A stretch of DNA of 64,000 nucleotides, taken from assembly GCA_977017575.1 (NCBI GenBank), contig CDRNVI010000056.1, positions 62,001-126,000 on the forward strand. The letters are read 5' to 3'. Source of the stretch: Paramoeba atlantica. Lineage: Eukaryota > Protista > Discosea. How positions within the stretch are numbered: position 1 is the stretch's first letter; each line of letters opens with the position of its first letter. The notes beneath the pieces were generated by a model. That model was not told the origin of the DNA, searched no databases, and was given only the letters and a program-made list of their open reading frames with translations. This document shows positions 34,666-46,121 of this stretch, piece by piece. Made by a program: the position numbers and the translations under genes.

Positions 34666-35598
34666 ATGTTTACACTTTCACGAATTCATTTTGCCGACCC
34701 GCAGCACTTATCCGAAGAGATGACGAAACTACACGTTTCTCCTCTCGGTAAAGTACGTGGATCGGAATTACCCCCGGAGTATGAATTGGTACGATTTATT
34801 GCGGATGTCAAAAATGCGTGTTCCTCCTGGAAAGTCTCCACACCCGCGTATAAATGGAAAGGGGTGTACTGTGATGCGGACTCCCGTGTCACGACGATCA
34901 ATTGGGACATCACGCGCTTGAGGGAGTTCGCGCTCGACGATCGCGGTCCATCCGGGTCCCTTTGCGGGTCCTTGGAGTGGGCGTATTTGCCCCGTACCGT
35001 ACAGCAGTTTGGTGTTCGAACGCATGAGCTCAGCGGAACGGTACCGCTCGATTTATTGCCTCCAGGTCTTACGGACTTCTGTGTGTACTCAAATACATTC
35101 AGTGGGGAAGTAAACCTAACCAACCTGCCGCGGACATTAGTGCAACTTGTTCTTGCGAGTAATGAGTTTAAAGGCTGTGTGGACTTTACTCATCTACCGC
35201 CTCATCTGGTTTCCTTGGACGTTTCTTATAACCAACTTTCCGGGCAAGTCGACTTCTCATGTTTGCCGAACATGTTGAAGAGGCTTGATTTGTCGGCCAA
35301 TCAATTTGAGGGCCCAGTGTCTTTCGACAAAATTCCTCTCAACCTCGAAGTTTTGGGTCTTCAGCAAAATGAAAACCTTTGCGGTAAGCTTGATGAACAC
35401 TTTTTTTATGAAAGACACCAAGCCATACGTTACTCCCAGACCAAGATCCGTGGAGTTAATAAAATGCTCCCTAAAGGAATATTTGAACAAAGTCCGCCTT
35501 TTTATCATCGGATACCGAGTTTAGCTTCCCGAGTTCGAGGGAGCGCACCACATCGAGGGAGCGTATCTTACAGAAAATACCCACATTACAGAAAGTAA
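34666..35598 (+). CDS. LRR protein (member 6), recent duplicate of member 4
   Basis: Near-identical to 27670-28578 including ~300 bp of upstream sequence. Confidence 0.92.
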   Translation: MFTLSRIHFADPQHLSEEMTKLHVSPLGKVRGSELPPEYELVRFIADVKNACSSWKVSTPAYKWKGVYCDADSRVTTINWDITRLREFALDDRGPSGSLCGSLEWAYLPRTVQQFGVRTHELSGTVPLDLLPPGLTDFCVYSNTFSGEVNLTNLPRTLVQLVLASNEFKGCVDFTHLPPHLVSLDVSYNQLSGQVDFSCLPNMLKRLDLSANQFEGPVSFDKIPLNLEVLGLQQNENLCGKLDEHFFYERHQAIRYSQTKIRGVNKMLPKGIFEQSPPFYHRIPSLASRVRGSAPHRGSVSYRKYPHYRK

Positions 35599-36074
35599 AG
35601 TGAGTTTTTCCACGTTTCATTTCTAAACATTTTCCAATATGTATATGTATATAGGAAGTAGCGACATTGCTATTCCTTTAATGCTCGCATCAAATTTTCT
35701 AGAGCTCATATACGTTATGCTAAGACCAATATTCATGGAGTTAATTAATGAATGAAAATATGCGGTTGAATTGTTTCGGTAAGTTTGGCCCGGCTTTGTA
35801 TACTCCTCGATTTCATACTCCTTGATTCGCATCTTGATTGACGCTCTCTAAGCTTTGCGTTAATAAAAAATTATAAACACTTTGACGTGTTAACAGTATT
35901 GAACATAATTTGATTATGGCAAATATTATCATGTAATGTTACATGATTTAAAATTTGATATTATAACGCAAAAATTATAGCCGTTATCACCAATCAATAC
36001 CCCATTACGAATACGATTAGTATGTATTGAGAGGACTAATGCCTCAAGATCACCAAGTGCTTTTCATGTACTTC

Positions 36075-36530
36075 ATGTACAGTGACCCCACGTTTTATGA
36101 AACTTATTCGATGCACAATTTATGTGGTATAGACGACGGCTCCGATCTACGCCTCGGTAAGGTGACCGCTCTGCTACTCCCCGAAGAAGATATGCTGGAA
36201 CGCTTCGTTTCAAACGTAACAGAAAAGGATGAATCTTGGCGTACGACTAAGAAAAATATAAATGTATTCCGTCGTGTCAAACGCGTTTCCCCGTGTAATT
36301 GGTGGGGTTTTGTCTGCAATGAGAAACAGCAAGTAGAAGAGATAAATTTCGCGCGTGCATGTATACTCACAGGTTCGCTACATTGAGAATATCTGCCCTC
36401 CACGATATTGTCCTGCAAAGTGCGAAGACAAGACTTCACAGGCTCTGTCATGTTCCATGCACTACCGAGCCGGATGATTGAACTCGATGTATCACACAAC
36501 AAATTCAGTGGTGAGTTATGCTTAACTCTT
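36075..36530 (+). pseudogene. LRR gene (member 7), in-frame stop and truncated
   Basis: IDDGSDLRLGKV...; TGA at 36384-36386 where paralogs have TGG. Confidence 0.85.
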
Positions 36531-36994
36531 GAAAACAACCACAGCGTTTAACCAAGAGCCTAAAAAAGAAAATCTAGCAGGTCCATTAACTTAATTTGAA
36601 TGATTCAACTTACCCGATTACGCCCGTTTTTTTCCATGTTCCGGTTGAATATTCCAGTCTGGTGCGCTTATGCTTTCCTTTTTGTCAAAACACTGGAACA
36701 CATAGTCAGGGGAGTTCACATTCTCTCTTTTCCATTTTTCCATTCTTCCGTTAGTTCATATTCCGCAACTTCTTATTCCCACGGTTTATCCGTTATCCAA
36801 AAAGGAGGGAGGCGTATGAACAAACGTTGTATTAAACAAAACGCGTCTGAAAGTCTTTCTTTCTTTCTTTTCTTTTATCCTTCTTTCCTTCCATCTTTTT
36901 CTCTCCCATCTTTTTTTTCCTCTTCCTTATTTTAATTTCCTTTTTACCATGATTACCATGAAAACTTTATTCTTCTTTGGTATTTTTTTAACTT

Positions 36995-37250
36995 CCTTTT
37001 TTAGCCACCTTTTTAGATTATTTTTAGCATCCTTTCTAGCTTCTTTCTTAACTTCCTTTTTAGCTTCTTTTTTAGCTTCCCATTTTACCTTCTTTTTTAG
37101 CTTCATTTTTTAGCTTCATTTTTAGCTTCTTTTTTAGCTTCCTTTTTTAGCCTCCTCTTTTAGCTTCCTTTTTAGGTTCTTTTTCGCCTCCCTTTTTAAC
37201 AAAAATTTATCTTCCTTTTTATCTTCCTTTTTAACTTACTTTTTTAGCCT
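36995..37250 (+). promoter_or_regulatory. Polypyrimidine tract with tandem TTTTAG units (candidate trans-splice acceptors) upstream of the importin gene
   Basis: About a dozen T-tract+AG units at ~13-nt spacing. Confidence 0.55.
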
Positions 37251-37273
37251 CTTCCTTACCCCCCCCCCTCTCC

Positions 37274-40200
37274 ATGTCCCTTCCCTCCGGTCCCCAATTC
37301 CACGCTCTCCTCCACCAACTCCTCAGCACGGACAACCCTACCCGCAAACACGCGGAATCGGAATACCAAAAACTCGCCCACGCCCACCCCTTCTTCGCCA
37401 TGTCTGCCCATCTAGCCTTTATCGGGAGCCCTTCCCCGTTGCAAGGGGAGTCGCTCCCGGAGGCACAGCTCTCTACCGTTTTACTGCGCAAACTGTTTCG
37501 GAGAAAACATAAAATCGGCTTGGGGAATCAGAAGGGAAATCAAGGCCATACCAATCAAAGCCTTACAAATCAGAATACAAATCAAAGCCCTACAAATCAG
37601 AATATAAATCAAAACGGGGACCACGAAACTGCAAACGGATTAGCCGTTCACGAAAAAGAGCATCTCCAATCCGCACTTCTCGGGTTATTCCAAAACGAGC
37701 ATCTCCCCCACTGCCTTCGTAAAGGCATCTCGGGATGTCTCGCGGCCTGGTTGCTCGGGGAGGCCGAGAGCGGGGCCTGGGAAGCCCCCCTGGGGTTGGT
37801 GCTGCAGTCCATCCAGCCCGGTACCGCCTGCCCCGAGGGGGTGCGCCAAAACGGTTTTGTGGTTTTAGAACAAATCGCAACCTGTTTTGTCGATCGTATT
37901 GTGGAAAACAAATCACTAGCCCATGCGCTGTGTCACGCGCTGGTCGGGGCGCTTGAAACCGGAACGGTCGAGAGGCTTCCGCAAGTCACCAACACGCTGT
38001 CCCATTTCGTCGCGGTGCTGGAGAGCCAGGACTATGAGGTTCTGCGTCCGACACTGCAGCCGTTGTTGGTTTCACTGAATCGACTGAAAGCGCATGGGGA
38101 GAGTGGCACAAATGATTTTGAACCTCTTGCCAAAGTTTTTGACGCTCTCGTGCATATGGCCGATAACAATATGGATTTCTTTGCGCCCCGTCTGGGGGCT
38201 TTTGTGGAGGTGATGCTGCATTTTGCCGCCATGCCCGCAAGTCCCAATGCTCAAATGATCCGTTCCTACGCGATTGAGTTTTTGCTCACCTTTTGTGAGC
38301 AGTGTCCGAAAAAGGCGCGAGGGATGCCCGCGTTTATTCGTACCTTTTTTGAGTTGGCCATGAAATTAAGTTTCCAGCCCCCGGAGAATAAAAAATGGGA
38401 AATTACCTATCATGATGATCATGAGGGGTTTGCGCAAAATGAAGACGAAGAGGACGATGAGGACGAAGAAGAGGCCTCGGACTACGATCTCGGCCTGGAA
38501 GCCATGGACCGTATGGCGGAGGCTCTCAAAGGGAAAGTCCTCGCCCCCCTGGCGACTGAGTTTATTCTCCAAAACGCCCAAAGCCCGGATTGGCGCGCCC
38601 GGCAGTGTGCGCTCACCTGCATTGGACAAATCACCGAGGGCTGTCACCGGGCGTTTGTGAAAAACCTTGATGCGATCCTTTCCTTGTTGTTGACGCATTC
38701 CCGGGACGAGCATCCTCGCGTGCGCTACGCCGTGATTGCCTCTCTAGCTCAAATCTTTACCGACTTCGAAAACGAGCTTACGAGCCAGGACTATCAAAAA
38801 GTACTGCCGGTTCTCTTCAGCGGGTTAAACGATCCGGTGCCTCGACTTCAAGCGCTTTCTGCGGCTTCGTTGTGTAATTTCTGTGACTCCGCATCGGCTG
38901 AAATTGTGGATGAATGCGCCGGGTCTATTTTAGCCCCCATCACGCGGCTGTTGCGCTCCACCAGCTTTCCGTTCGTCCAGCAGCAGTGTCTGGCCACGAT
39001 TGCCTCGGTGGCGGAGAACAGCAGCCAGGAAGCGCAGCTGTTTCACCAATTTTATCCGGAGTTAATGCCTTTACTTTTTCCCTTATTGGTTTCGCAAAAT
39101 GTGCAAAGTAAAAGTTTTCAGACGTTACGTTGTCGCGCCATGGAGGCCGTGGCGCTCATTGCGGCAGCCGTCCCGAAAGAGGTTTTTGCCAAAGATGCGG
39201 CCGGGTTGTGTGGGTATTTGCAACAGCAGATGGGGAAGTATGGGGGAGGAGCGCAGGCAGGAGGCTCAGGTGCCACGGGATTAGCTTCATCTTCACAACA
39301 GAATGAAAAAGAAAACCAAAAGAACCCAAGGCTTTATCCGACAGACGACCCTATGTTTCGTTACTTACTCCGGGCTTGGATTTGTGTAAGTCGGAATCTA
39401 AAAGAGGACATGGCTCCGTACCTCGAGGCGCTGCTCCCTGTGGTGCTTGAGATTGTGGAAACCGCGGTGGGGTTGGAGCCGTGTGGGCCAACAGGAGAGG
39501 AGGAGCACCATGGAAACAACGAAAACGACAGCAGCTTGCTGGGGGGAAACGACAGTGAGAGCGAAAATGAGGACATGCCGCAAATGGAAGATGAAGAGCA
39601 AAAGGAAGAATCCGGAGTTCAAATCATTAATCTCTGCATCAAAGGGGTGGGGGAGCAGAAAGTGAAACTGCGGACCTCCGCTTTGGAGGATAAAAGCTTA
39701 GCCCTGGCGGTGGTGCTGTCGGTGGTGAAAAACTGTGGCCGCGCGACGCTCCCGTATTTGCAACAAATTGTGGAAAAGGTGCAACCGCTTTTTACGTTTG
39801 GTTATGTCGATGACGTGCGGGAGAAAGCGGCGCAGATCGCGGCGCATTGTGTCAAAATTGCGCACGCGTTTACGAATCCCGAGGCGACGGTTTCCTTAGC
39901 GATGCATTTCTTATCCTCACTGTTTGCTGCGCTGCGTAAAGAAACCGAGACCGCGACGGCTGCGGAATTCCTGGAAGCGATTCAGCTGATTTTGGATTCC
40001 ACCCCGAATAATTTTTTACCTTCCGAGGCCCTCGAGGAGAGCAAAAATGTGATGCAGCAAATCTTTGCGGAGAGTATCAAACGACGACAGGAGCTTTTTG
40101 AGGAACTCGAGGAGGAAGGGGAGGAGGATGAGGAAGCGATGCTGGAGGAACATGAAGAGGAGGAAAATCTGCTGATTGAGGCCGTCGATGTGATTGGGAA

Positions 40201-40930
40201 GCTGTTGAAAACCCAGGACGCATTTCTGCCCGTGTTTTTGCATGATTTTTTGCCGAATTTTCAACAACTGCTGGATGATAAACTCGGGCAAACGGAGCAC
40301 AAAATTGCGCTTTGTGTGTTAGATGACTTTTTGGAGATTCGTCCAGAGACCGCGGTGCAGTGTTTTGATCCTATCCTCCAAGCCTTGCTTCGGTTCGCGA
40401 ACGATACCCATTATGAGGTTACCCAGGCAGCATGCTATGGACTTAGTCTGGCGCTGGACTTACTAGCAAATAAAAAAGGGTACAATCCGGTGTTACTTCC
40501 GCAGTATGAGATCAACGCACAAACTAGTCATGGCCATGGCCCGCTGATTCCCGCACTCTCCTTTATTTGCCAAAGTTTGTTGCGCAATTTAACCACAAAA
40601 CCCGATGAAGAATCCGAGGAGTATTTTCACAGTATTGCGAATGTCGCGACGGCAAGTATGAAATACGTCACACAGTTTGCGCCCAAGCTTCGAGAGAACG
40701 CAAATGTACAAAAATTCGAATCCGAGCTGCTGATGGGTGTACTTGGGGTTCTTCCTTTGTCTCGGGATTGGCAGGAGGCCCAATTTGTGCATTTGGAGCT
40801 CGCACGGATGACATGGGTGGAGAAACATCCGATTTTGGCCCCGCATGGGGGAAAAACAAAGGAACTACTGATGCGTGCGGATCCCAGAGGGTTGTGTGAG
40901 CAGACCAAGCAGATTTTGTCGTCGAGGTGA
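37274..40930 (+). CDS. IPO5: Importin-beta family karyopherin (importin-5/Pse1/Kap121-like), intronless
   Basis: 1218 aa of HEAT repeats, acidic loops, DWRARQCAL..IGQITEGC and DEHPRVRYA motifs; importin-4 not fully excluded. Confidence 0.85.
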   Translation: MSLPSGPQFHALLHQLLSTDNPTRKHAESEYQKLAHAHPFFAMSAHLAFIGSPSPLQGESLPEAQLSTVLLRKLFRRKHKIGLGNQKGNQGHTNQSLTNQNTNQSPTNQNINQNGDHETANGLAVHEKEHLQSALLGLFQNEHLPHCLRKGISGCLAAWLLGEAESGAWEAPLGLVLQSIQPGTACPEGVRQNGFVVLEQIATCFVDRIVENKSLAHALCHALVGALETGTVERLPQVTNTLSHFVAVLESQDYEVLRPTLQPLLVSLNRLKAHGESGTNDFEPLAKVFDALVHMADNNMDFFAPRLGAFVEVMLHFAAMPASPNAQMIRSYAIEFLLTFCEQCPKKARGMPAFIRTFFELAMKLSFQPPENKKWEITYHDDHEGFAQNEDEEDDEDEEEASDYDLGLEAMDRMAEALKGKVLAPLATEFILQNAQSPDWRARQCALTCIGQITEGCHRAFVKNLDAILSLLLTHSRDEHPRVRYAVIASLAQIFTDFENELTSQDYQKVLPVLFSGLNDPVPRLQALSAASLCNFCDSASAEIVDECAGSILAPITRLLRSTSFPFVQQQCLATIASVAENSSQEAQLFHQFYPELMPLLFPLLVSQNVQSKSFQTLRCRAMEAVALIAAAVPKEVFAKDAAGLCGYLQQQMGKYGGGAQAGGSGATGLASSSQQNEKENQKNPRLYPTDDPMFRYLLRAWICVSRNLKEDMAPYLEALLPVVLEIVETAVGLEPCGPTGEEEHHGNNENDSSLLGGNDSESENEDMPQMEDEEQKEESGVQIINLCIKGVGEQKVKLRTSALEDKSLALAVVLSVVKNCGRATLPYLQQIVEKVQPLFTFGYVDDVREKAAQIAAHCVKIAHAFTNPEATVSLAMHFLSSLFAALRKETETATAAEFLEAIQLILDSTPNNFLPSEALEESKNVMQQIFAESIKRRQELFEELEEEGEEDEEAMLEEHEEEENLLIEAVDVIGKLLKTQDAFLPVFLHDFLPNFQQLLDDKLGQTEHKIALCVLDDFLEIRPETAVQCFDPILQALLRFANDTHYEVTQAACYGLSLALDLLANKKGYNPVLLPQYEINAQTSHGHGPLIPALSFICQSLLRNLTTKPDEESEEYFHSIANVATASMKYVTQFAPKLRENANVQKFESELLMGVLGVLPLSRDWQEAQFVHLELARMTWVEKHPILAPHGGKTKELLMRADPRGLCEQTKQILSSR

Positions 40931-41433
40931 GGCCAATAAAGTGGAAGTTGCATTTCTTTAAGGAAATTGATTGTATTAGGAAAATACAAATATAATATCC
41001 CTCTGAATCGGATTGCGCGGGAAAAGAGGGAGAAAATGAGGCTATTGGAGTGGGCTTAATAAGGAGGAATAAAGTCAAACCATTTAATTTATTTTTTTGG
41101 GAAGATAGAAATTCGAAATAATGAACTTTTTTGAAAATAATGTATAATGGGCTTTTTTCTGTATCGAGTTCCGATCAGTTTAACATCTAACGTATGTATA
41201 CACGTATACATGTATACAGACAGTGCCAAAAACCATTGTGCACCACTCACGACTGTCCGTCACCCTTCCATCCATGGATTGATCTTTTACCCTTTACCCC
41301 ATGATACCCTTCTCTTCAACCCTCCATTTCCCTTTTTACACCAAAATACGTGTATGACCAAAAATACGCATGACTCAATCTTTACTCAATCCTAATATAA
41401 ATTTTTATATAAATCTCTTTTTTCCTCTCTTCC

Positions 41434-41760
41434 ATGCCGAAACCCGCGCCTTCCTCATCCTCTCGAGCGGGTCACACCGCTGCCCCCGCGAACAACGGCG
41501 TCCTCAACTGTTTCGGGGACTGCCTGAACTGCACCTACTGCAGCGCGGCCATCTTTGCTGTTCTCCTGCTCGCGCTTTACCTTTCCCTTCGCAAATGCTG
41601 TGGGTTCGGGAGCTGCTGTTTTGCGGGGGGGAGCAAGGGCTCGGAAAAAGGAGCAGAGACCGGCGCCCATAGTAATCGGAACACAATCGCGGCGACCCCG
41701 AGTAAAACCCACCCCATGCGTACACGAAGCGGATCGCGAAGTGTGCGAAAGGAGGAATAA
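41434..41760 (+). CDS. Small Cys-rich protein with one predicted TM helix
   Basis: AAIFAVLLLALYLSL flanked by CxxC and CC clusters; same strand as neighbours, pyrimidine tract upstream. Confidence 0.5.
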   Translation: MPKPAPSSSSRAGHTAAPANNGVLNCFGDCLNCTYCSAAIFAVLLLALYLSLRKCCGFGSCCFAGGSKGSEKGAETGAHSNRNTIAATPSKTHPMRTRSGSRSVRKEE

Positions 41761-42139
41761 AGGAGTGTTGTTTAAAAACAAACTCTTTGTTTCTTTATGG
41801 GGAAGTCGAACCCTTTTGATTTGAAGAAGGGTAAGGCTTTTTGTGGAGTGGAAAGTGGTAAGAAAGAAGAAAAAGATAAAAAAGAGGTAGATGGAAAATT
41901 GAGGATAGTAAAAGAAGAATAAAATAAAAACGGTGGATCGGGTTGGCCTGCTCAAGCATGTGATGTGCACAACGGTAGGTCGATTTCCACAGCCATTGGT
42001 TTTAAAAATGTGTTGAATGGAGATTCGCAAGGGTTATTTTTTCCCTGACACAAATTTTTACCGGACCGGATCTTTCTTCATCGTCTTTTTTTCCTTATAA
42101 AATGCTTTAACTTAATCTCCCTCCTTCTTTATCACGCCA

Positions 42140-42952
42140 ATGTTACACTCTCCCACCCACAAACGCAAATCCGTGAAATGGGATGAGCACAATCTGGAGG
42201 AAAATGATCACTACTTTGCAGCGCACCCCGCACAGATGCGAATCACGGAGCCCAAGACACCGTTCGCATCCACATTCTCCGAGTGCATTACCTCCAACGA
42301 TGAAATCACTGAGCTCGTTTTACCGAATCCATCGGAAAACACGGTGCAAACAGAGGCGAATGCGGCAGAACGTGTAGACGTCAATACTAAGGATCACAGA
42401 ACGATCGAATTAACGAAACAAGATAATACATTGGAAAATATGAAATCCCATCCTACGAAAACTCCCCCCTTTGAAAATCAAGTCGATCCTTTGGATTCTG
42501 ATTTTTTTCATAAATCTTCGGAGCCCGTAGAGGGGAGTCCCGCGGACAGTACATGGCGCGAAGAGGAGAACCAGATGGCTCGTGCCGCGAAACAAGCCAT
42601 TCTACGACAAGCCTCGGCTTTGGAGGCTACGGGTGGAACCCCGTCTTCGCCTTCTCGAGCGTTTGTATCTTCTTGTTCTCTGCCTTCAGAAGATCAGGAA
42701 AAGGGCATCGACGCCTCGAATACAACAACCAAATCAAAACCCAACGATTTTCACACGCCTGAAAAGTGTTTGAGCTCGGGAGCGAATCCAGCAGCCTCTG
42801 CGCCTCCTTTTCCGTTTGATCACTGCCACGAGGATGAGAGATTTCGAGCCATGCGCAAAGCCGTGTTGTTGGATGAGGCACAACGGTTCCGCGCCTCACG
42901 AAGCACGAACGAAGGAGATTCGTTTGATGCTCCGGAGAAAATGCCCTCGTGA
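42140..42952 (+). CDS. PPP1R2: Protein phosphatase 1 inhibitor-2
   Basis: KSVKWDE.NL, RITEPKTPF and F.AMRK...DE motifs. Confidence 0.82.
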   Translation: MLHSPTHKRKSVKWDEHNLEENDHYFAAHPAQMRITEPKTPFASTFSECITSNDEITELVLPNPSENTVQTEANAAERVDVNTKDHRTIELTKQDNTLENMKSHPTKTPPFENQVDPLDSDFFHKSSEPVEGSPADSTWREEENQMARAAKQAILRQASALEATGGTPSSPSRAFVSSCSLPSEDQEKGIDASNTTTKSKPNDFHTPEKCLSSGANPAASAPPFPFDHCHEDERFRAMRKAVLLDEAQRFRASRSTNEGDSFDAPEKMPS

Positions 42953-44394
42953 AAAGAAAAAGAATGGATTTACATGTGCATAAATTTTCAGACAATGTGT
43001 GAGGCGAATAAATTAAGGAAAATCAAGGAAGTTAAAAAGGCTCTTTACATTAAACGCTCTACCAATCTTAAGCTACCTTTGTGTAGCGCACGTTCTTCGT
43101 TCCTTGTAAAATGCGTCAAATGGATTTGTTGTTGATTTTCGTAGCATGAGTAAGATCGTGTTCACACCTAACGAACCTCTTTTCCGCCTTTTTTTCATAG
43201 CCAATAGGGCGCACGATGGGATCCATACACGGTTTCTATAGGTTATCTTACTCCATAGACGCATGTCTTCAGGTTACACCACCCCATTGGGGTTGAAAAG
43301 ATTCTTCCTTGGCAATAAAGATGCCGTTTCTGTAACTCTTCGCTCTTTCTATTCACAACTCTTGTTGATTGCTCCTTTATTTTTTTACTCAGGAAAATTA
43401 AAATTCGTTCCGCTTCATTATTTCAAGTGAATAAAGGAGCAACGCTGCGATAGCTCTCGAATGCGCTATTATTTTACAAAATTGGACAAGTTTAAAACTT
43501 GTCCAAATCAAGTTTTACAAATTTTAGACACCCCCATATTTTGGTGCCACCCCCTGTATCACGACGCGGACCTGTTGAAAACGCCACACTACTTCAAAGT
43601 TACTTTTTTATTGAAAATCGATTATCGTTATGATTGTCTCTATGCTTTCGGCCGACGTAACGGAACCGTTAAGAAAGAAAGCCCGAAGAGAAACGAACTC
43701 TTCCGACACGACGCTTTCCACCAGTAGTTCTAATGTGACAAGAAAATCCCGCCCATCAAACTCAATGCCCTGTCGTTACCCGTGGAGTAACATTTGATGA
43801 GATTAGTAGAAAACCCTCCACACTCATGGTCCACCGATACTCCGAGATGTAGATGGGATCGAGTCGGATGCAACGACAAGGGCGACGTGGTTTCGATAAA
43901 CTGGAGTAATATCTGTAATGGGGAATAGGCACGAAAAACGTCAGCGAATAAAAAATTACTTGAACGGTCACAAAGAAATAATTCATGTTACGGTTGTGTA
44001 TTGTTCAAAACGGAATTTAAATAACAAACCCCGCGTCATGAATAAGTGACCCCCCCTTATTTTTGACTTAGGGATAGCGTGTTCGCCCGTGTTCGCCCAA
44101 CTGACCTTTCTGTAGGTTTCACCCCTCTAAGTGACGCCCCCTTATTTTTCGCACGAGAAGGAATCGCAGGGTTGTCATACCACTTTTTCGTTCAAAATTT
44201 TGAGATCTGCAGGTTCCCGCAGTTTTTAGCTCACTTTAAAACAAAAAAAATCAAGAAACTAAAATTGATTTTTCAACCTTTTTTTTCTAAGATTCTCAAA
44301 TCATCATATTGGCTCCCAGGAAGCGGACTTTCTGATAGTAGGAATCTTCCTTTGACGATGAGATACGGAGATACAAACGATAGCACAAGAAATA

Positions 44395-44567
44395 CTATCC
44401 CCCCCTACCCTAGTGTTGCCTCGGCACCCCCCCTCATTAGCGTTGCTTTTTAGACTGTCTCTTCAAGACTCTTTTGCCGCGAAGCAGCGATTTTGTTTTT
44501 ACCCCCCCCCCTTAGCGTTGCTTTTTCCATAAAAAAAACAGGCAACACTAGGATACGGGGGGGATAG
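44395..44567. mobile_element. TA-flanked MITE
   Basis: TA|CTATCCCCCCC..CCTAGTGTTGCC / GGCAACACTAGG..GGGGGGGATAG|TA; a related end lies at 9164-9220. Confidence 0.75.
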
Positions 44568-44752
44568 TACGTGGGTAAGGCGCGATCAAGAAGCAGCTAC
44601 GCGTCAAAAAGTACGTTGGGGTCCAAGGTACTAAGCTTGGGGGGCTATTGGGGTAGGGTGGAGGTATTTCATTATTCTACAAGATGACACATGTATTAAG
44701 AGTATGACGTACGTAGAAACATTGAAGCGATGTACATTCCCCCCTCATCGTA

Positions 44753-45035
44753 TATTTCAACATGATGGGTCAACGGCAAACACTGCCCGTCCCTCCAAAG
44801 AGTACATTAAAAGCACAATGTGTGAACTTCTAAAAAGTTGGTCCGCCGACTCACCAGATCTTTATCGATAGAAAACGTCTGGTCTATGGTCTAAGGGGCC
44901 GTGGACGAACCGACCCCATCAGATAAGCCTTCACTCACCCGATGTGTACGCAAAGCGTGGTCTTGTTTATCTCAAAATGCGATCGACAATACGGTCTTAA
45001 GTTTTGGCTCACGCCTTAAGAAATGTATTGCGGTG
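44753..45035 (+). pseudogene. Tc1 transposase C-terminal remnant
   Basis: FQHDG, WSADSPDL, IENVWS, SFGSRLKKCIA. Confidence 0.75.
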
Positions 45036-45196
45036 GTTATAAACTTTATAACTACCGCTCTACCCTCGATTATTGAAAAAAAAGTGAACAAGAACAGTGA
45101 AAATATAAAGAGGAACACAGTAATATAATAGAAGAAAAAAATATAAACGAGGGCTCCGGTGGTCCAAAACTGAAACAAATGGGCGTCTAGGGGGGG

Positions 45197-45389
45197 CTTC
45201 CTGTTACGGTAGCCTGTCTCCTTTAACCCTGCTAAACCGGTCCATAGCCCTTGACCACATTCATGTGGAAATGGTGAGGGAAGGATCACTTGTATATCAG
45301 AATTTCGTTGAAAAGGGGGAGGGGGTATACGTCCGACCTAAGGCCTTGGATTGGCAGGGTTAAAGGAGACCTGCTACCGTAACCGGAAG
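45197..45389. mobile_element. MITE of the CTTCC...GTCTCCTTTAACCCTGC family, copy 2
   Basis: 36-bp TIR with few mismatches; shares an internal G-run plus TCCGACCTA with the 31618 copy. Confidence 0.8.
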
Positions 45390-45399
45390 TACAGTTTAA

Positions 45400-46121
45400 C
45401 TAGCCCGCTGGAGTTTGTTTTTTTATGCACTTAGTGCAGAGATTTGCCTCACTACATGTCCTTACCCCGCAAGCGACGGGTGGATAACGTGAGGTTTCGC
45501 CTTCGCCGGTGGTAAATCGGTGCAGAGATCTGGCGTCCCATGTATAGAGAGCTCGGTTGTCTTGGGCAGGCGCAGAGGGCCGCGAGTCTCGTCGGCGGAT
45601 GACACGCCTAGTGGTCCTGAGGGGAGGCCACCGTGGCGCATGGCCTCTCCGGAAAGGTAATTGTGAGAGAAGGGGAAGCCGAGAGAGGGAAGCACACTCA
45701 CTCCAGGGGAGTGAGTCGGGAAGGGGTGAATGGGTGGTTCCTCTGCTTCAACAATAGAGAGGGACAGTTTAGGCCTTAGTGCCGGCCGGCAACGGGGATA
45801 GAAATACAGTAAGAGTATGCCCGTTGCCGGGGAAACAAAGGACGTACTAAAGAAAAAGTCCCAACAAGGTACAGAAACTGTATCTTGCATGTCAGACCTA
45901 GCCTTCATAGAAGCTGTATACCCACAGCCCTTTCATTCGTAGGCCTTACTCAATTTGAAAACCCATATTTTACCTCACGGGGGAGGGTCTACGGCATTAT
46001 AGCTTCCGCGAAGCCGATTTATCTATGCATCTGTATCTATCATGGCGAGTAGAGTGTACTTTTAGAGTACGTTCAGTCATTAGTCAGTTAATGCAAACTC
46101 TTCTATTAAAATTGTAAAGTT
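45400..46121 (-). mobile_element. SL-containing element, type B copy 1 (leader + SL core + downstream)
   Basis: SL core at 45862-45886; leader shared with 47975-48254. Confidence 0.75.

Noticed and set aside
41160-41192. GTATCGAGTTCCGATCAGTTTAACATCT resembles part of metazoan U2 snRNA
   Set aside because: The 5' stem, branch-pairing region and Sm site are absent; a short chance match.
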